Shown: positions 45,687 through 55,367, counted from the first letter of the stretch. The stretch is 59,099 nt of DNA from Candidatus Nomurabacteria bacterium (GCA_943348755.1 CALQYS010000004.1:1-59099); one strand, 5' to 3'. Notes: generated from the letters alone by a model not told the origin. Translations and numbers: made by a program.

Positions 45687-47189
45687 ATGACAATGTCTAA
45701 AGAAGTTAAGGATAATCAAAAAACCCAAGAAACTATAGTCAGATTTGAAAAGGTCTCATTTGAATGGGGCGTGAATAAACCCATTTTAGACAGTGTCAGC
45801 TTTACTGTTAGACGTGGGATGAAGTTCACTTTGATGGGTCAAAATGGGGCGGGCAAGAGTACTATTTTTGGGTTAATTTCTGGTACTAATAAACCCGAAT
45901 CTGGAACTATCAACGTTGTTCAAGGAGTTAGCATTGCTTCAGCAAGGCAGGTTATTCCGCGCGGAGAGCTTGATCTAACTGTACGAGAATTTTTCGAAAA
46001 ATGTTTTACCAAAAAGGTTTATGATATTGATCCACGTATCGATGATGTACTTGAGGTGGTCAATCTGAAAGGTCACACCAAGATACACGATAAAATAATG
46101 CGTACTTTTTCTGGCGGACAACAAGCTAGACTGCTTTTAGCCTCGGCGCTTATTCAAGACCCTGACCTTCTTCTTCTCGACGAGCCCACAAACAATTTGG
46201 ATAAAGCGGGTATCGCACATCTCACTAACTTTTTAATCAATTACAAGAAAACTGTCTTGGTTATTTCCCACGATGCGGAATTTTTGAATGCTTTTACTCA
46301 CGGAGTCCTTTATCTAGATGTATATACGAAAAAAATCGAACAATACGTGGGCAATTATTTTAATGTGGTCAAAGATATTACCGCTCGCGTCGAAAAAGAA
46401 AATATGAAGAATGCTCAGTTGCAGAAAGAAATACAGGCAAAGAAAGATCAGGCGAATGTGTTTGCTTATAAGGGTGGTGGTCTGCGCCTTGTCGCAAAAC
46501 GTATGCGCGAAAAAGCGGAAGAGCTCGAAGAGCAAATAGTGGAAGTCCGCAAAGAAGACCGTTCTATTAGACCTTTTACCATCCCGAGTCAGCCAGACTT
46601 GATAGGAGAGATCTTACATATCTCTTCTTTTGAAACTCTTAAAAATGGCAAACTGGTGAAGCATAAAGCAAAAATTTCTTTAAATAAAAATGAACATTTA
46701 TTACTTCAAGGTCCAAATGGAATAGGCAAGACGACTTTACTCGAAAGGCTTGCTTCCGGTCATGCCGAAGGTGAAAAGGTGAGAGAGGGAATACGTATTG
46801 GATATTACAGGCAGGATTTCTCTACGCTCAACTTTGACGATACCGTTTACCAATCTCTCTCTAGTGCGATGCTTGCAGGTGGCGAGAGGCTCGATGAAGA
46901 GAGGATGCGTTCTGTGGCAGCAGGATTCCTCATCACTGGGGAATTTATTCGTACCAGAATTGGTGACCTGTCAGAAGGGCAGAAGGGGCTAGTGGCTTTT
47001 GCAAGGCTTGTTCTCATAAAACCGGGGCTTCTCATTCTCGATGAGCCCACGAACCATATAAACTTCCGTCATCTACCTATCATCGCCGAAGCGTTAGATA
47101 AATATGCTGGCGCGATGATCCTCGTCTCCCACGTGCCTGAATTTGTTAAGCAGATTCGTATAGACGAGGTGCTGGATTTAGAAAAATAA
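45687..47189 (+). CDS. ABC-F family ATPase (two ABC domains, no TM domain)
   Basis: GQNGAGKST / FSGGQQARL / LLLDEPTNNLD in the first domain, and GPNGIGKTT / LSEGQKG / LILDEPTNH in the second. Confidence 0.85.
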   Translation: MTMSKEVKDNQKTQETIVRFEKVSFEWGVNKPILDSVSFTVRRGMKFTLMGQNGAGKSTIFGLISGTNKPESGTINVVQGVSIASARQVIPRGELDLTVREFFEKCFTKKVYDIDPRIDDVLEVVNLKGHTKIHDKIMRTFSGGQQARLLLASALIQDPDLLLLDEPTNNLDKAGIAHLTNFLINYKKTVLVISHDAEFLNAFTHGVLYLDVYTKKIEQYVGNYFNVVKDITARVEKENMKNAQLQKEIQAKKDQANVFAYKGGGLRLVAKRMREKAEELEEQIVEVRKEDRSIRPFTIPSQPDLIGEILHISSFETLKNGKLVKHKAKISLNKNEHLLLQGPNGIGKTTLLERLASGHAEGEKVREGIRIGYYRQDFSTLNFDDTVYQSLSSAMLAGGERLDEERMRSVAAGFLITGEFIRTRIGDLSEGQKGLVAFARLVLIKPGLLILDEPTNHINFRHLPIIAEALDKYAGAMILVSHVPEFVKQIRIDEVLDLEK

Positions 47190-47211
47190 AAAAACTTGCA
47201 CTAAAAGTTCA

Positions 47212-47247
47212 AAAACCGGCCAACTTTTTGTTTGTGTTGCCGGTTTT
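47212..47247. terminator. hairpin terminator after the ABC-F gene
   Basis: AAAACCGGC ... GCCGGTTTT. Confidence 0.6.
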
Positions 47248-47300
47248 CGTGAGAGTTGATCAGTACTCTCGGACTTTTACTCAAAGAACGTTGAGTGCGT

Positions 47301-47550
47301 TTAGCGGGAGATGGAAGCAATGAAGCCTACTCCACCGCCGATTGCAATAAGTATTCCCCAGATCAGAACTGCCTGGGTTACCCTGAATACTTTCAGAAAA
47401 TCACCCCCCTGCTTTTTCGGTCAGGTGGTCGATGTATGCCCTTGCTTGGCGGTTGCCAAGGTCAGACAATACCATCTGATACTTGTTGTAGGCGCCCAAG
47501 AGGGTAAGTAACACTCCAAGCGCAGTGACAGTGAAGAAGAATAGAGTCAT
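47301..47550 (-). pseudogene. small two-TM membrane protein ORF interrupted by a frameshift at a G6 tract
   Basis: MTLFFFTVTALGVLLTLLGAY...EKAGG stops at 47401. Removing one G from the tract at 47404-47409 continues into DFLKVFRVTQAVLIWGILIAIGGGVGFIASISR. Confidence 0.35.
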
Positions 47551-47766
47551 AGTCTCTCTTTCGTTTCTGCATTTTGCACGTCTTGGTCTTCCCGGTCTCC
47601 TCGAAAGGAGATAGAAGATTGTCCTGAGATGCACGCTGTTTTTTGTGTTACAGCGTTCTTTTAAGGTCTTAAAGAGGCTCCAAAAGAACACTGCAACTAA
47701 AATTAAAAGAACTTATGTATTCTTTTTACACTTCGTAACTATTTTTGTCAACATAGAAAATCACTC

Positions 47767-48411
47767 TTAAAAACTAATAGATTTCAAGAAAGTAGCCAAT
47801 TCTTCACCTTTTATTTCTCTCAGCCCACCCTTTTTAAGGGTGCCGAGCTTGATGTTCATTATTCTTTCGCGTTTCAGGTCGGCGACTTCTTGGAAGAGGG
47901 CGGAACACATACGGCGGATCTGGTGTTTCTTGCCTTCGGTTAATGTTATTCGGAAATTAAAATCATCTATAATCTTCACCTTACATTTTTTGGTTTGATA
48001 TCCTTCGATGTTTACCCCTGCTTCCATCTTTGATTTAAAACTGGAGCGAAGTTTGTTCAAGGTTCGTACCACATATTCTTTTTCGTGGGCAAATTTTGGA
48101 TTTAGAAGTTGATCCGTAATACGTCCGTCGTTGGTGACGATGAGGAGTCCATGAGAAGCCTTGTCGAGCCTGCCGAGAGGGAAGAGCCCTTTTTCTGGAG
48201 AGTCAGTTTCTATACCTACTGGCTTATTATAAGCATAGTATTTATATTCTTTCTTTTCTGCGCCTTTTACTTCCACTTTATCTTTTTCTGTGACTTTACT
48301 GCCGAGCACTGCCAATTTACCATTGATGAAAACTTTCTTATTTTTTACCAACTCATCAGCACCCCTCCGTGTAGAGATCTTTTTAAGCGCTAGGTATTTA
48401 TTTATACGCAT
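47767..48411 (-). CDS. RsuA/RluB-family pseudouridine synthase
   Basis: N-terminal S4 domain (MRINKYLA) and catalytic GRLDKASHGLL. Confidence 0.8.
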   Translation of the reverse strand: MRINKYLALKKISTRRGADELVKNKKVFINGKLAVLGSKVTEKDKVEVKGAEKKEYKYYAYNKPVGIETDSPEKGLFPLGRLDKASHGLLIVTNDGRITDQLLNPKFAHEKEYVVRTLNKLRSSFKSKMEAGVNIEGYQTKKCKVKIIDDFNFRITLTEGKKHQIRRMCSALFQEVADLKRERIMNIKLGTLKKGGLREIKGEELATFLKSISF

Positions 48412-48449
48412 CGGGAAGGAATTTCCCCCATTATCTTGCATAAAATATT

Positions 48450-49484
48450 TTATGCGTGTCCGTGTTCCGTAGCAGGTAGTGTTTTCTTACCTGATAAGTT
48501 GCGGTGTAAATGCTTAGTTAAAAATATTAAGAATAGTATAAGATCAATTAAGATCAACCAACCAATTATATTTATCGGCAAGAAAGAACCAGATGATCCA
48601 ATAACACTTGCTCCAAGCGCAGATCCGACAGGTTCTATTACACTTGTATTAGTGACCTTTTCCTTACCCATATTTGTGTCGTCAGTTTTTTCTATGGTAT
48701 TACTTTGTATTGTGGCAGCTCTATTTGTGGTGAAGCTTAAGGTAACCCCGTTAATTTTAGAAGAAGAATTTTGTAATACCGCTCTGAAATAATAAGTGGT
48801 CCCGGGATCTAATCCAGTGATTGTGTTTATGTGTTTAGCAGAAGCTAGTGTCCCAAGGGGTATGATCGTTGTTGTATTTCCCAACGTTGGAACTGTGCCC
48901 CACTCAAACCAAGTAGTTCCCGGATTGTCTACCGAATTTGTTATGAGAGAGTTCAGCTTTGCGCTAGTGCTTCCGACTGACGTAGCTGGATTAGTCACAA
49001 TACTTGGGTTCGTGACGTTAACAGTTTCTGTATTATTTGTATTTACAACATTACCAAAATTAGTTCGAAATGAATTGGTGCTTCCGTAGACGATCCCTTG
49101 TGGGCTTTGTCCAACTGCACGGAAATAATAGATGGTGTTAGAACTTAAGTTTGCAACATTCGAACTAAAAACAGCATATCCCGAATTAGAATTAATATGT
49201 GCTGTAGAATATCCGAAATTAGTATTTACTCCATACTCAAACCAAGTCTCTACATTATAAGTACTATATAAATTGTTGCCATTTACTAAGCCGTTCAATG
49301 TTACTCCGGCACTGGTTATATTAGTTGCATTCGTCGTCGTGATATAGAGTGGAGTGTAGTTATAACCATAGTAATTGCTATTATAACCATAATAATACTG
49401 GGCATAACTAACAATAGGGGAACAAGCTAATAAAGTAGTTCCCACAAGGATTATTCCAGAAAGTTTGATTATTTTATTCATCAT
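48450..49484 (-). CDS. secreted repeat protein with C-terminal membrane anchor (FN3-like repeats)
   Basis: Signal peptide. Two similar modules (TWFEYG...IYYFRAVG and TWFEWG...TYYFRAVL). C-terminal TM helix WLILIDLILFLIFL. Confidence 0.6.
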   Translation of the reverse strand: MMNKIIKLSGIILVGTTLLACSPIVSYAQYYYGYNSNYYGYNYTPLYITTTNATNITSAGVTLNGLVNGNNLYSTYNVETWFEYGVNTNFGYSTAHINSNSGYAVFSSNVANLSSNTIYYFRAVGQSPQGIVYGSTNSFRTNFGNVVNTNNTETVNVTNPSIVTNPATSVGSTSAKLNSLITNSVDNPGTTWFEWGTVPTLGNTTTIIPLGTLASAKHINTITGLDPGTTYYFRAVLQNSSSKINGVTLSFTTNRAATIQSNTIEKTDDTNMGKEKVTNTSVIEPVGSALGASVIGSSGSFLPINIIGWLILIDLILFLIFLTKHLHRNLSGKKTLPATEHGHA

Positions 49485-49523
49485 CCTTCTATTATATCAC
49501 TTTGGGAGATAAAAGTCAACTAG

Positions 49524-49595
49524 TGCTCTTGGCAGGAATCGAACCTGCATCGCCAGCTTCGCAGGCCAGCATTCTATCCATTAAACTACAAGAGC
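49524..49595 (-). tRNA. tRNA-Arg (anticodon GCG by hand fold)
   Basis: Acceptor GCTCTTG/CAAGAGC, anticodon loop CTGCGAA, T-arm GCAGG-TTCGATT-CCTGC. The anticodon stem needs two G-U pairs. Confidence 0.75.
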
Positions 49596-49679
49596 AATTT
49601 CCCAGTTTTGCCCCGCAAGGCGAGTCAAAGTCGTGGATATATTTAGACTAGCAGTTTTCTATAAAAAACAAAAGTAAAA

Positions 49680-50153
49680 TTAAAATCCCAAAGACTCCAT
49701 TATCTTTTGAGATGCGTGCTCCTTCATTTCTTCTTCGGTGACGTTTTTCGAGAGCATAATAGAACGGATGTCTTCTGCTACAACGTAATCAATGGGTATT
49801 GATAAGATTGGCATGAATAATCTTTCTGCTTTTATAAAAAGCAACGGTTTTAATTCGGTTTCTCCGGTATTGTCTATTTGCACCCAGAAAGATTTTATAT
49901 TTTCATAAGGATAAAGTTGTTTCCTTATTTTTAATCCTTTACTATTTAGCTCGTAGAAAATTATTTCTGGTTTCTTAATTGCAAAAAATCCTAAAAGAAC
50001 TCCGCTTAACACCAGAAGAGCTCCAAAAAAATAATTTCCGTAAATGATTGCGGCCACAGAGCTAGTAACTACGATGATACCAAGTGCCCAGAACCAATCA
50101 GGGCTACGTTCTTTTTCTTCATACTCCAAAGCAGACCACTCGAGTTTCTCCAT
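49680..50153 (-). CDS. hypothetical membrane protein (two TM helices plus soluble domain)
   Basis: Hydrophobic hairpin WFWALGIIVVTSSVAAIIYGNYFFGALLVLSGVLLGFF. Confidence 0.5.
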   Translation of the reverse strand: MEKLEWSALEYEEKERSPDWFWALGIIVVTSSVAAIIYGNYFFGALLVLSGVLLGFFAIKKPEIIFYELNSKGLKIRKQLYPYENIKSFWVQIDNTGETELKPLLFIKAERLFMPILSIPIDYVVAEDIRSIMLSKNVTEEEMKEHASQKIMESLGF

Positions 50154-50234
50154 ATGGTAATTTTACCATGTGATGGTGGATTTTAGCAAAGTGATATAAT
50201 ATACCTCTTAAAGAATTTTTCGATAAATATCAAA

Positions 50235-51668
50235 ATGAATGATCCACTGACATTTATTATTTTTGGAGCAACCGGAGATTTGTACCAAAACAAGCTTTCT
50301 GTAGCACTTTGGAATCTATTTTCGTTGGGTTTTTTGTCTACAGAATTTAGAGTGGTCGGATTTGCGCGCAGGCCTATGACGCACGGAGAATTCCAAAATT
50401 TTACCAGACATACGATTTTAAGAAAAACTAAAAATATAGATCAAAATAAGCTTGAAGATTTTCTTAAGTGTTTTACTTATATCCAAGGAGATCTGGAAAA
50501 TTTTCAAAGTTTTCAAAATTTGGGTCGAGAACTGATGGAGGAAGATGCGAGAATAGGATTTTGTACTAACAAACTTTTTTACCTTGCAGTGCCTCCTACT
50601 TTATATGCTTCTACATTTAAGAACATAGCTGGAGCGGGGCTAACCGTTCCTTGCGCTCCATCTGTAAAGTCTAGGGCGAATGCCTGGACACGTGTTTTGG
50701 TCGAAAAGCCATTTGGTAAAGATATTACAGAGGCCAAGCGACTTGATAAAATGCTTGGTGAGCTTTTTGAAGAATCACAGATATTTCGTATTGACCACTA
50801 TTTAGCCAAAGAAACTATGCAAAATCTTCTAACCTTTCGTTTTTCAAATGGAGTTTTTGAATCACTTTGGAATAATAAAAATATTGAACACGTTCGTATC
50901 ATTTTTCATGAAAAAAATGTGCCCGAAGACACTTTGGCAAAGCGCGGTGCCCTTTACGACGGAATCGGGGCGCTCAGGGATGTGGGGCAAAACCATATGC
51001 TACAAATGCTTGCTCTCATAGCCATGGAAAACCCAAAAATTATGAATGCAGAAAATATCCAAGATGCCCGCAGCAAAGTTTTAGAAAAGGTTTCTTTGCT
51101 TAATAAGTATAGCCTCTTGCGAGCTCAGTACAAAGGATATTTAAGTGAACCAAACATAAAAAATGATTCCACTACGGAGACATTTTTTAGAGTGATTTTG
51201 GGTATCAATAATAAAAGATGGCGAGGTGTTCCATTTGAAATGGAAAGCGGCAAAGCCTTAAACAAAGAAGAAATGTCGATCGAAGTGTTTTTTAAGAAAT
51301 CGTCCTTACCTTTGATGAAAGATTCTCATGCTGAGGGCAACCAGAATGTTTTAAAGTTTATAATTCAGCCAAACGAAGGTATAAAATTTAGATTTTGGTT
51401 TAAACGTCCTGGTTTTGATTTTACTCTTGTTCCACAAGAACTTTCTTTTAATTATTCAGATATTTTAATTTCTAATAACAAACCAGAAAAGTTACACGAT
51501 GCATATGAGAGGGTTCTTTATGATTGTATTTTAGGGGATCAAACTCTTTTTACAAATACTAAGGAAATAATGGCAGAGTGGAAATTGGTAACGGATATTA
51601 TAAAATTATGGCAGGAAATACCTTTGATTGTATACAAAAAAGGATCGGTTGCTGAAGATATAAAATAA
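50235..51668 (+). CDS. zwf: glucose-6-phosphate 1-dehydrogenase
   Basis: FGATGDL and RIDHYLAKE motifs. Confidence 0.9.
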   Translation: MNDPLTFIIFGATGDLYQNKLSVALWNLFSLGFLSTEFRVVGFARRPMTHGEFQNFTRHTILRKTKNIDQNKLEDFLKCFTYIQGDLENFQSFQNLGRELMEEDARIGFCTNKLFYLAVPPTLYASTFKNIAGAGLTVPCAPSVKSRANAWTRVLVEKPFGKDITEAKRLDKMLGELFEESQIFRIDHYLAKETMQNLLTFRFSNGVFESLWNNKNIEHVRIIFHEKNVPEDTLAKRGALYDGIGALRDVGQNHMLQMLALIAMENPKIMNAENIQDARSKVLEKVSLLNKYSLLRAQYKGYLSEPNIKNDSTTETFFRVILGINNKRWRGVPFEMESGKALNKEEMSIEVFFKKSSLPLMKDSHAEGNQNVLKFIIQPNEGIKFRFWFKRPGFDFTLVPQELSFNYSDILISNNKPEKLHDAYERVLYDCILGDQTLFTNTKEIMAEWKLVTDIIKLWQEIPLIVYKKGSVAEDIK

Positions 51669-51671
51669 ATT

Positions 51672-52604
51672 ATGAAAAAACAAATTGGTTATATTGGGCT
51701 TGGGAAAATGGGAAGGAATATGGTTTTGGGGTTGCTTCTTAAAAAATGGGGTATTGTTGCGTATAATAGGAATTTGGAAAAAGTAAAAGAGGTTGTCGAA
51801 CAAGGAGCAGTCGGCACATCCAGTATAAAAGAATTAGTTTCTAAACTTTCCGCTCCTAGGGTGGTGTGGGTGATGGTGTCACATCAGGCAGTGGGGGAGA
51901 TTATAGATGAATTGGCACCCTTACTTCATAAAGGAGATCTTATTATTGACGGCGGGAATTCACCGTATCAAGATTCAAGAAAAAGATCGAAAGAACTTTC
52001 GAAAAAGGGGATTGAATTTTTAGATATCGGTGTTTCTGGCGGTCCTGGAGGAGCGCTTCAGGGTGCTTGTATGATGGTAGGTGGTAAAAAGGAGTTATAT
52101 GAAAAGCTTAATAAAAGTGGATTTTTTGCTGACACCTGTGTAGAAAAAGGCTATGGCTATATGGGCGGTTCAGGGTCAGGCCACTTTGTGAAAATGGTTC
52201 ACAATGGTGTCGAATATGGGATGATGCAGTCTATTGCTGAAGGGTTTGACCTTATGCGTCATTCAAAAGAATTTGAATTGGATCTTTTAAAAGTTGCAGA
52301 TGTATATTCGCATGGAAGTGTTATTACATCTCGCCTGGTCTCTTGGATGCAAAATGGTTACAAAAAATATGGTAAAGATCTAAATGAAATTTCCGGTCGC
52401 GCTTCGGCGTCTGGCGAAGGCAAATGGACTGTGGAAGCAGGTAAAAGAGAGAACATATCTATGCCGGCCATTCAAGCTTCTCTCGATAGCAGAGCAGCAT
52501 CACAGAAAAAACCTTCTTATCAGGGGAAAGTAGTTTCCACTATGCGTGGTGAGTTTGGCGAGCATCCAGTGAAAAGAGGTGAAGATGAACCGGAGATTCT
52601 TTAA
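51672..52604 (+). CDS. gnd: 6-phosphogluconate dehydrogenase, short (about 300 aa) form
   Basis: GYIGLGKMGRNM Rossmann fold, GGNS, and HFVKMVHNGVEYG. Confidence 0.8.
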   Translation: MKKQIGYIGLGKMGRNMVLGLLLKKWGIVAYNRNLEKVKEVVEQGAVGTSSIKELVSKLSAPRVVWVMVSHQAVGEIIDELAPLLHKGDLIIDGGNSPYQDSRKRSKELSKKGIEFLDIGVSGGPGGALQGACMMVGGKKELYEKLNKSGFFADTCVEKGYGYMGGSGSGHFVKMVHNGVEYGMMQSIAEGFDLMRHSKEFELDLLKVADVYSHGSVITSRLVSWMQNGYKKYGKDLNEISGRASASGEGKWTVEAGKRENISMPAIQASLDSRAASQKKPSYQGKVVSTMRGEFGEHPVKRGEDEPEIL

Positions 52605-52619
52605 TATACAAAAAATATT

Positions 52620-52697
52620 TCTATGGCAGACTTGCGCAGGCCGACTGGGCCGAGCACAGCAAAAATTCAGCAGAATTTTATGCGTGTCTGTCAGAGA
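52620..52697. repeat. intergenic palindromic element related to the polA/uvrB in-frame repeats
   Basis: Imperfect outer stem TCTATGGCAGAC / GTCTGTCAGAGA. The core CACAGCAAAAATTCAGCAGAATTTTATGCG resembles the uvrB copy GACAGAGAAAATTTTCAGCAGAAAATTTTCG. Confidence 0.4.
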
Positions 52698-52723
52698 AAT
52701 GATTTTTGGTATATTATGTATGT

Positions 52724-53353
52724 ATGAAAATTATAGACATATCGCTTCCTCTAAATAACCAGACTCCTGTGTACCCAGGCAATGTTTCGCTTTCCGTCAG
52801 TATTCATCATGCGATACCGGAACATGCAACCCAACTTTCCACTATTACTATGGGCTCTCACACAGGTACACACATAGATGCACCGGCTCATGCAGTGGCT
52901 GGTGCTATGACTCTTGATAAAATTCCTCTTGAAAATTTTATTGGGCCATGTAGAGTCTTTGATCTTTCAAAAGAGGACGATGAAGCTGTTACGAAAAAAA
53001 TGTTAGAAGACAAAAATGTAAAAAAGGGAGAACGAATCCTTTTAAAAACCAGAAATTCACTGCGTGGTCTTAAAGAATTTTATGATGATTATGTTTATTT
53101 AGATGGCGATGCGGCTGATTATCTGGCGGGTATCAGTGTGATGCTCGTCGGCATTGATGCTTTATCTATAAAAAAGAGGGGAGGTGATGATCATCGCCCG
53201 CATACCTCACTTCTTTCAAAGAATATTCCTATTATCGAAGGATTAAATCTTACCAACGTTTCCGAGGGGAGCTATGAGCTCTTTTGTCCACCCCTTAATT
53301 TTACCAACATAGATGGAGCGCCTACCCGAGCTGTGCTCATCCAACATGCGTAA
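52724..53353 (+). CDS. cyclase-family protein (kynurenine formamidase-like)
   Basis: HTGTHIDAPAH metal-binding motif. Start at the ATG at 52724. Confidence 0.7.
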   Translation: MKIIDISLPLNNQTPVYPGNVSLSVSIHHAIPEHATQLSTITMGSHTGTHIDAPAHAVAGAMTLDKIPLENFIGPCRVFDLSKEDDEAVTKKMLEDKNVKKGERILLKTRNSLRGLKEFYDDYVYLDGDAADYLAGISVMLVGIDALSIKKRGGDDHRPHTSLLSKNIPIIEGLNLTNVSEGSYELFCPPLNFTNIDGAPTRAVLIQHA

Positions 53354-53951
53354 AAGTATTTTGATAAATTGGTTAGTTGAATTTGGTCCGCTGGTGACTT
53401 TTTTCACTTTACTTTTCATACTTGATCCAGTTGGCAAAAATCCAAAGGGATTTATTTTCTCCACTGGGGTATTTGTAGTTCTTACACTTATTGCAATTTT
53501 AGTGGGTTATATAAAGGATAAAAGTACAACCCTTTTTCCACTCATTGCCGCTCTGGCCATAGTGAGTTTTGGTACAGCCACAGTGATATTTAAAAACCCA
53601 ATGATATTTATCATCAAAGATACCGTCTATAACGGGCTTTTTAGTGTTTTTCTTTTTGGCGGAGTAATAATTTCTGGTAAAGGTTTCCTCAAACCGCTTT
53701 TTAGACCATTGTTTGATATGCAAGATAGGGGTTGGTACATTCTTTCAATACGCTGGGCGCTTATGTTTCTTATTCTGGCAGTTTTGAATGAAATAATTTG
53801 GCGTGGGGCGATCGACTGGTGGGTGCGTTACAAATTCCTCGCCACCCTTGCGACATTTATTTTTGGATTTTATCAATTCACTCTTGCGCGAAAATATAGG
53901 AACCCCTCTGCTTCTCCTTGGGGGATGAGGATAGATAACAAAAAAATCTAA
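53346..53951 (+). CDS. YciB/IspZ-like inner membrane protein
   Basis: MRKSILINWLVEFGPLVTFF N-terminus and 5 TM segments. Confidence 0.45.
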   Translation: MRKSILINWLVEFGPLVTFFTLLFILDPVGKNPKGFIFSTGVFVVLTLIAILVGYIKDKSTTLFPLIAALAIVSFGTATVIFKNPMIFIIKDTVYNGLFSVFLFGGVIISGKGFLKPLFRPLFDMQDRGWYILSIRWALMFLILAVLNEIIWRGAIDWWVRYKFLATLATFIFGFYQFTLARKYRNPSASPWGMRIDNKKI

Positions 53952-54511
53952 TTTTCCTTTTTCTGTGATGCGACAAACTCAGATAAGTGAGTACCCACAA
54001 GGACTGCGTCTGCTCCACTTTTTATATCTGTCACAGTTTTAATATTACTGGCTTGGCACATCCATCCCCCGAATATTTTTCGTGCTTCTTCAAAAGTTTC
54101 CTTCTTTATTCCGCCATCCGATAAATCCCTACTGTTCCATACCACCTTCAGATTCTCGGGAATTTTTTTGAGTTCGGACAAGGTGGTAGGTTCTATTAGG
54201 CACTTGTCTTGATGAATATTTGGGATACGGCCAACTACAAGAACGTAGTCAGCTCCGGCATCAATGGCTTGCTGTACTTCTTTATCTGTCGCATGAATGC
54301 CTTTTGCCAAAATTGGTTTTTTGGTCAGAGATTTAGCTTTTTTAATTAAATCAAAGGAACCCGCCCAACGAGGGTCGGTATGAATAGAAATAATATCTCC
54401 AACTGTGTTTGCGATCTCAAAAAGCTCGTCCCAACTTTTGTCAGATCGAAACCCGAAAGGAGATCGTGTTTTCACTTCTGCGATTAATTGAATCTTCTTT
54501 AAAGTATTCAT
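53948..54511 (-). CDS. indole-3-glycerol-phosphate synthase-like TIM-barrel protein (short)
   Basis: IAEVKTRSPFG, SIHTD, PILAKG, GADYVLVV resemble TrpC motifs. Only 187 aa, and no other trp genes are nearby. Confidence 0.45.
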   Translation of the reverse strand: MNTLKKIQLIAEVKTRSPFGFRSDKSWDELFEIANTVGDIISIHTDPRWAGSFDLIKKAKSLTKKPILAKGIHATDKEVQQAIDAGADYVLVVGRIPNIHQDKCLIEPTTLSELKKIPENLKVVWNSRDLSDGGIKKETFEEARKIFGGWMCQASNIKTVTDIKSGADAVLVGTHLSEFVASQKKEN

Positions 54512-54539
54512 GGGTTAAATACCCAGTTTTTGGTTGGGC

Positions 54540-54866
54540 TTAAGACACCTCTTCTTCTTTTTCTGTTCTAATTAATTTTTTTACTACAATAAAGATCAAA
54601 AAGGCGAGGATCAGGAAGTTTATAAGCTCAGCCAAGAATGATCCGTAAGATATCGTTACTGGTCCAGCAGTAAAAACTGCCTCCTTCCAGGTCTCAGCCG
54701 ACATTAACGGCGTAAAAATAGGTAGGATAATATCCTTTACGAGAGAATTTACCAGGTTGGTGCTAGCTTGGCCCATGACGAAAGCAACAGCCAAAGACAC
54801 GACCTTGTATTCTCTCAAGAAAAATAGGAATTCCTTTAAAAAAGTTTTCTTAGTATCTTCCATCAT
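54540..54866 (-). CDS. mscL: large-conductance mechanosensitive channel
   Basis: FLKEF..FLREYKVVSLAVAFVMGQA...VKDIILPI. Two TM helices, 108 aa. Confidence 0.85.
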   Translation of the reverse strand: MMEDTKKTFLKEFLFFLREYKVVSLAVAFVMGQASTNLVNSLVKDIILPIFTPLMSAETWKEAVFTAGPVTISYGSFLAELINFLILAFLIFIVVKKLIRTEKEEEVS

Positions 54867-54891
54867 AAAATGATTTTACAAGGGAATTATA

Positions 54892-55335
54892 TCATACTAT
54901 TTCTCCGGTATCAGTTTTAACTCGTATTACCGAATCATCATATAAAAGTCTCATTCTGAAATCTTTGACGCTTACCACATCTATCTTTCTGCCGATATTT
55001 TTTTCACACCATTTATGAATAAAGTGTCGAGCGACTACTGCATCGTAAATAGAATGGATTGTCCCATTTGTGGAAACGCGTGCGGTAAATATCTTCACTT
55101 CTTTTCCTTCCTCAATATATTTTCGCAAAAGCGCGATCATTGATGGGATAGGGGAGCCGATTTCTTTCGGATTAAATATGCCGTTGTAATTCATCGCCAA
55201 TGTTCCATCTAGATCGAACCCAATCCAGCCCTTTTTCTGTTTTTTTAAAAAGCTGTGAAATCCAAAATAATATCTAAAAAGCTCTGTGAGTGTGAAGGTA
55301 ATTATGGAGATCAAGATTATATTCAGTGCATTCAT
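54892..55335 (-). CDS. membrane-anchored HAD-like protein
   Basis: N-terminal TM helix followed by a GFDLDGTLA (DxDGT) motif. Confidence 0.4.
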   Translation of the reverse strand: MNALNIILISIITFTLTELFRYYFGFHSFLKKQKKGWIGFDLDGTLAMNYNGIFNPKEIGSPIPSMIALLRKYIEEGKEVKIFTARVSTNGTIHSIYDAVVARHFIHKWCEKNIGRKIDVVSVKDFRMRLLYDDSVIRVKTDTGEIV

Positions 55336-55367
55336 TGGTTGGTGTATTATTGGAAAATAAGAGTAAA

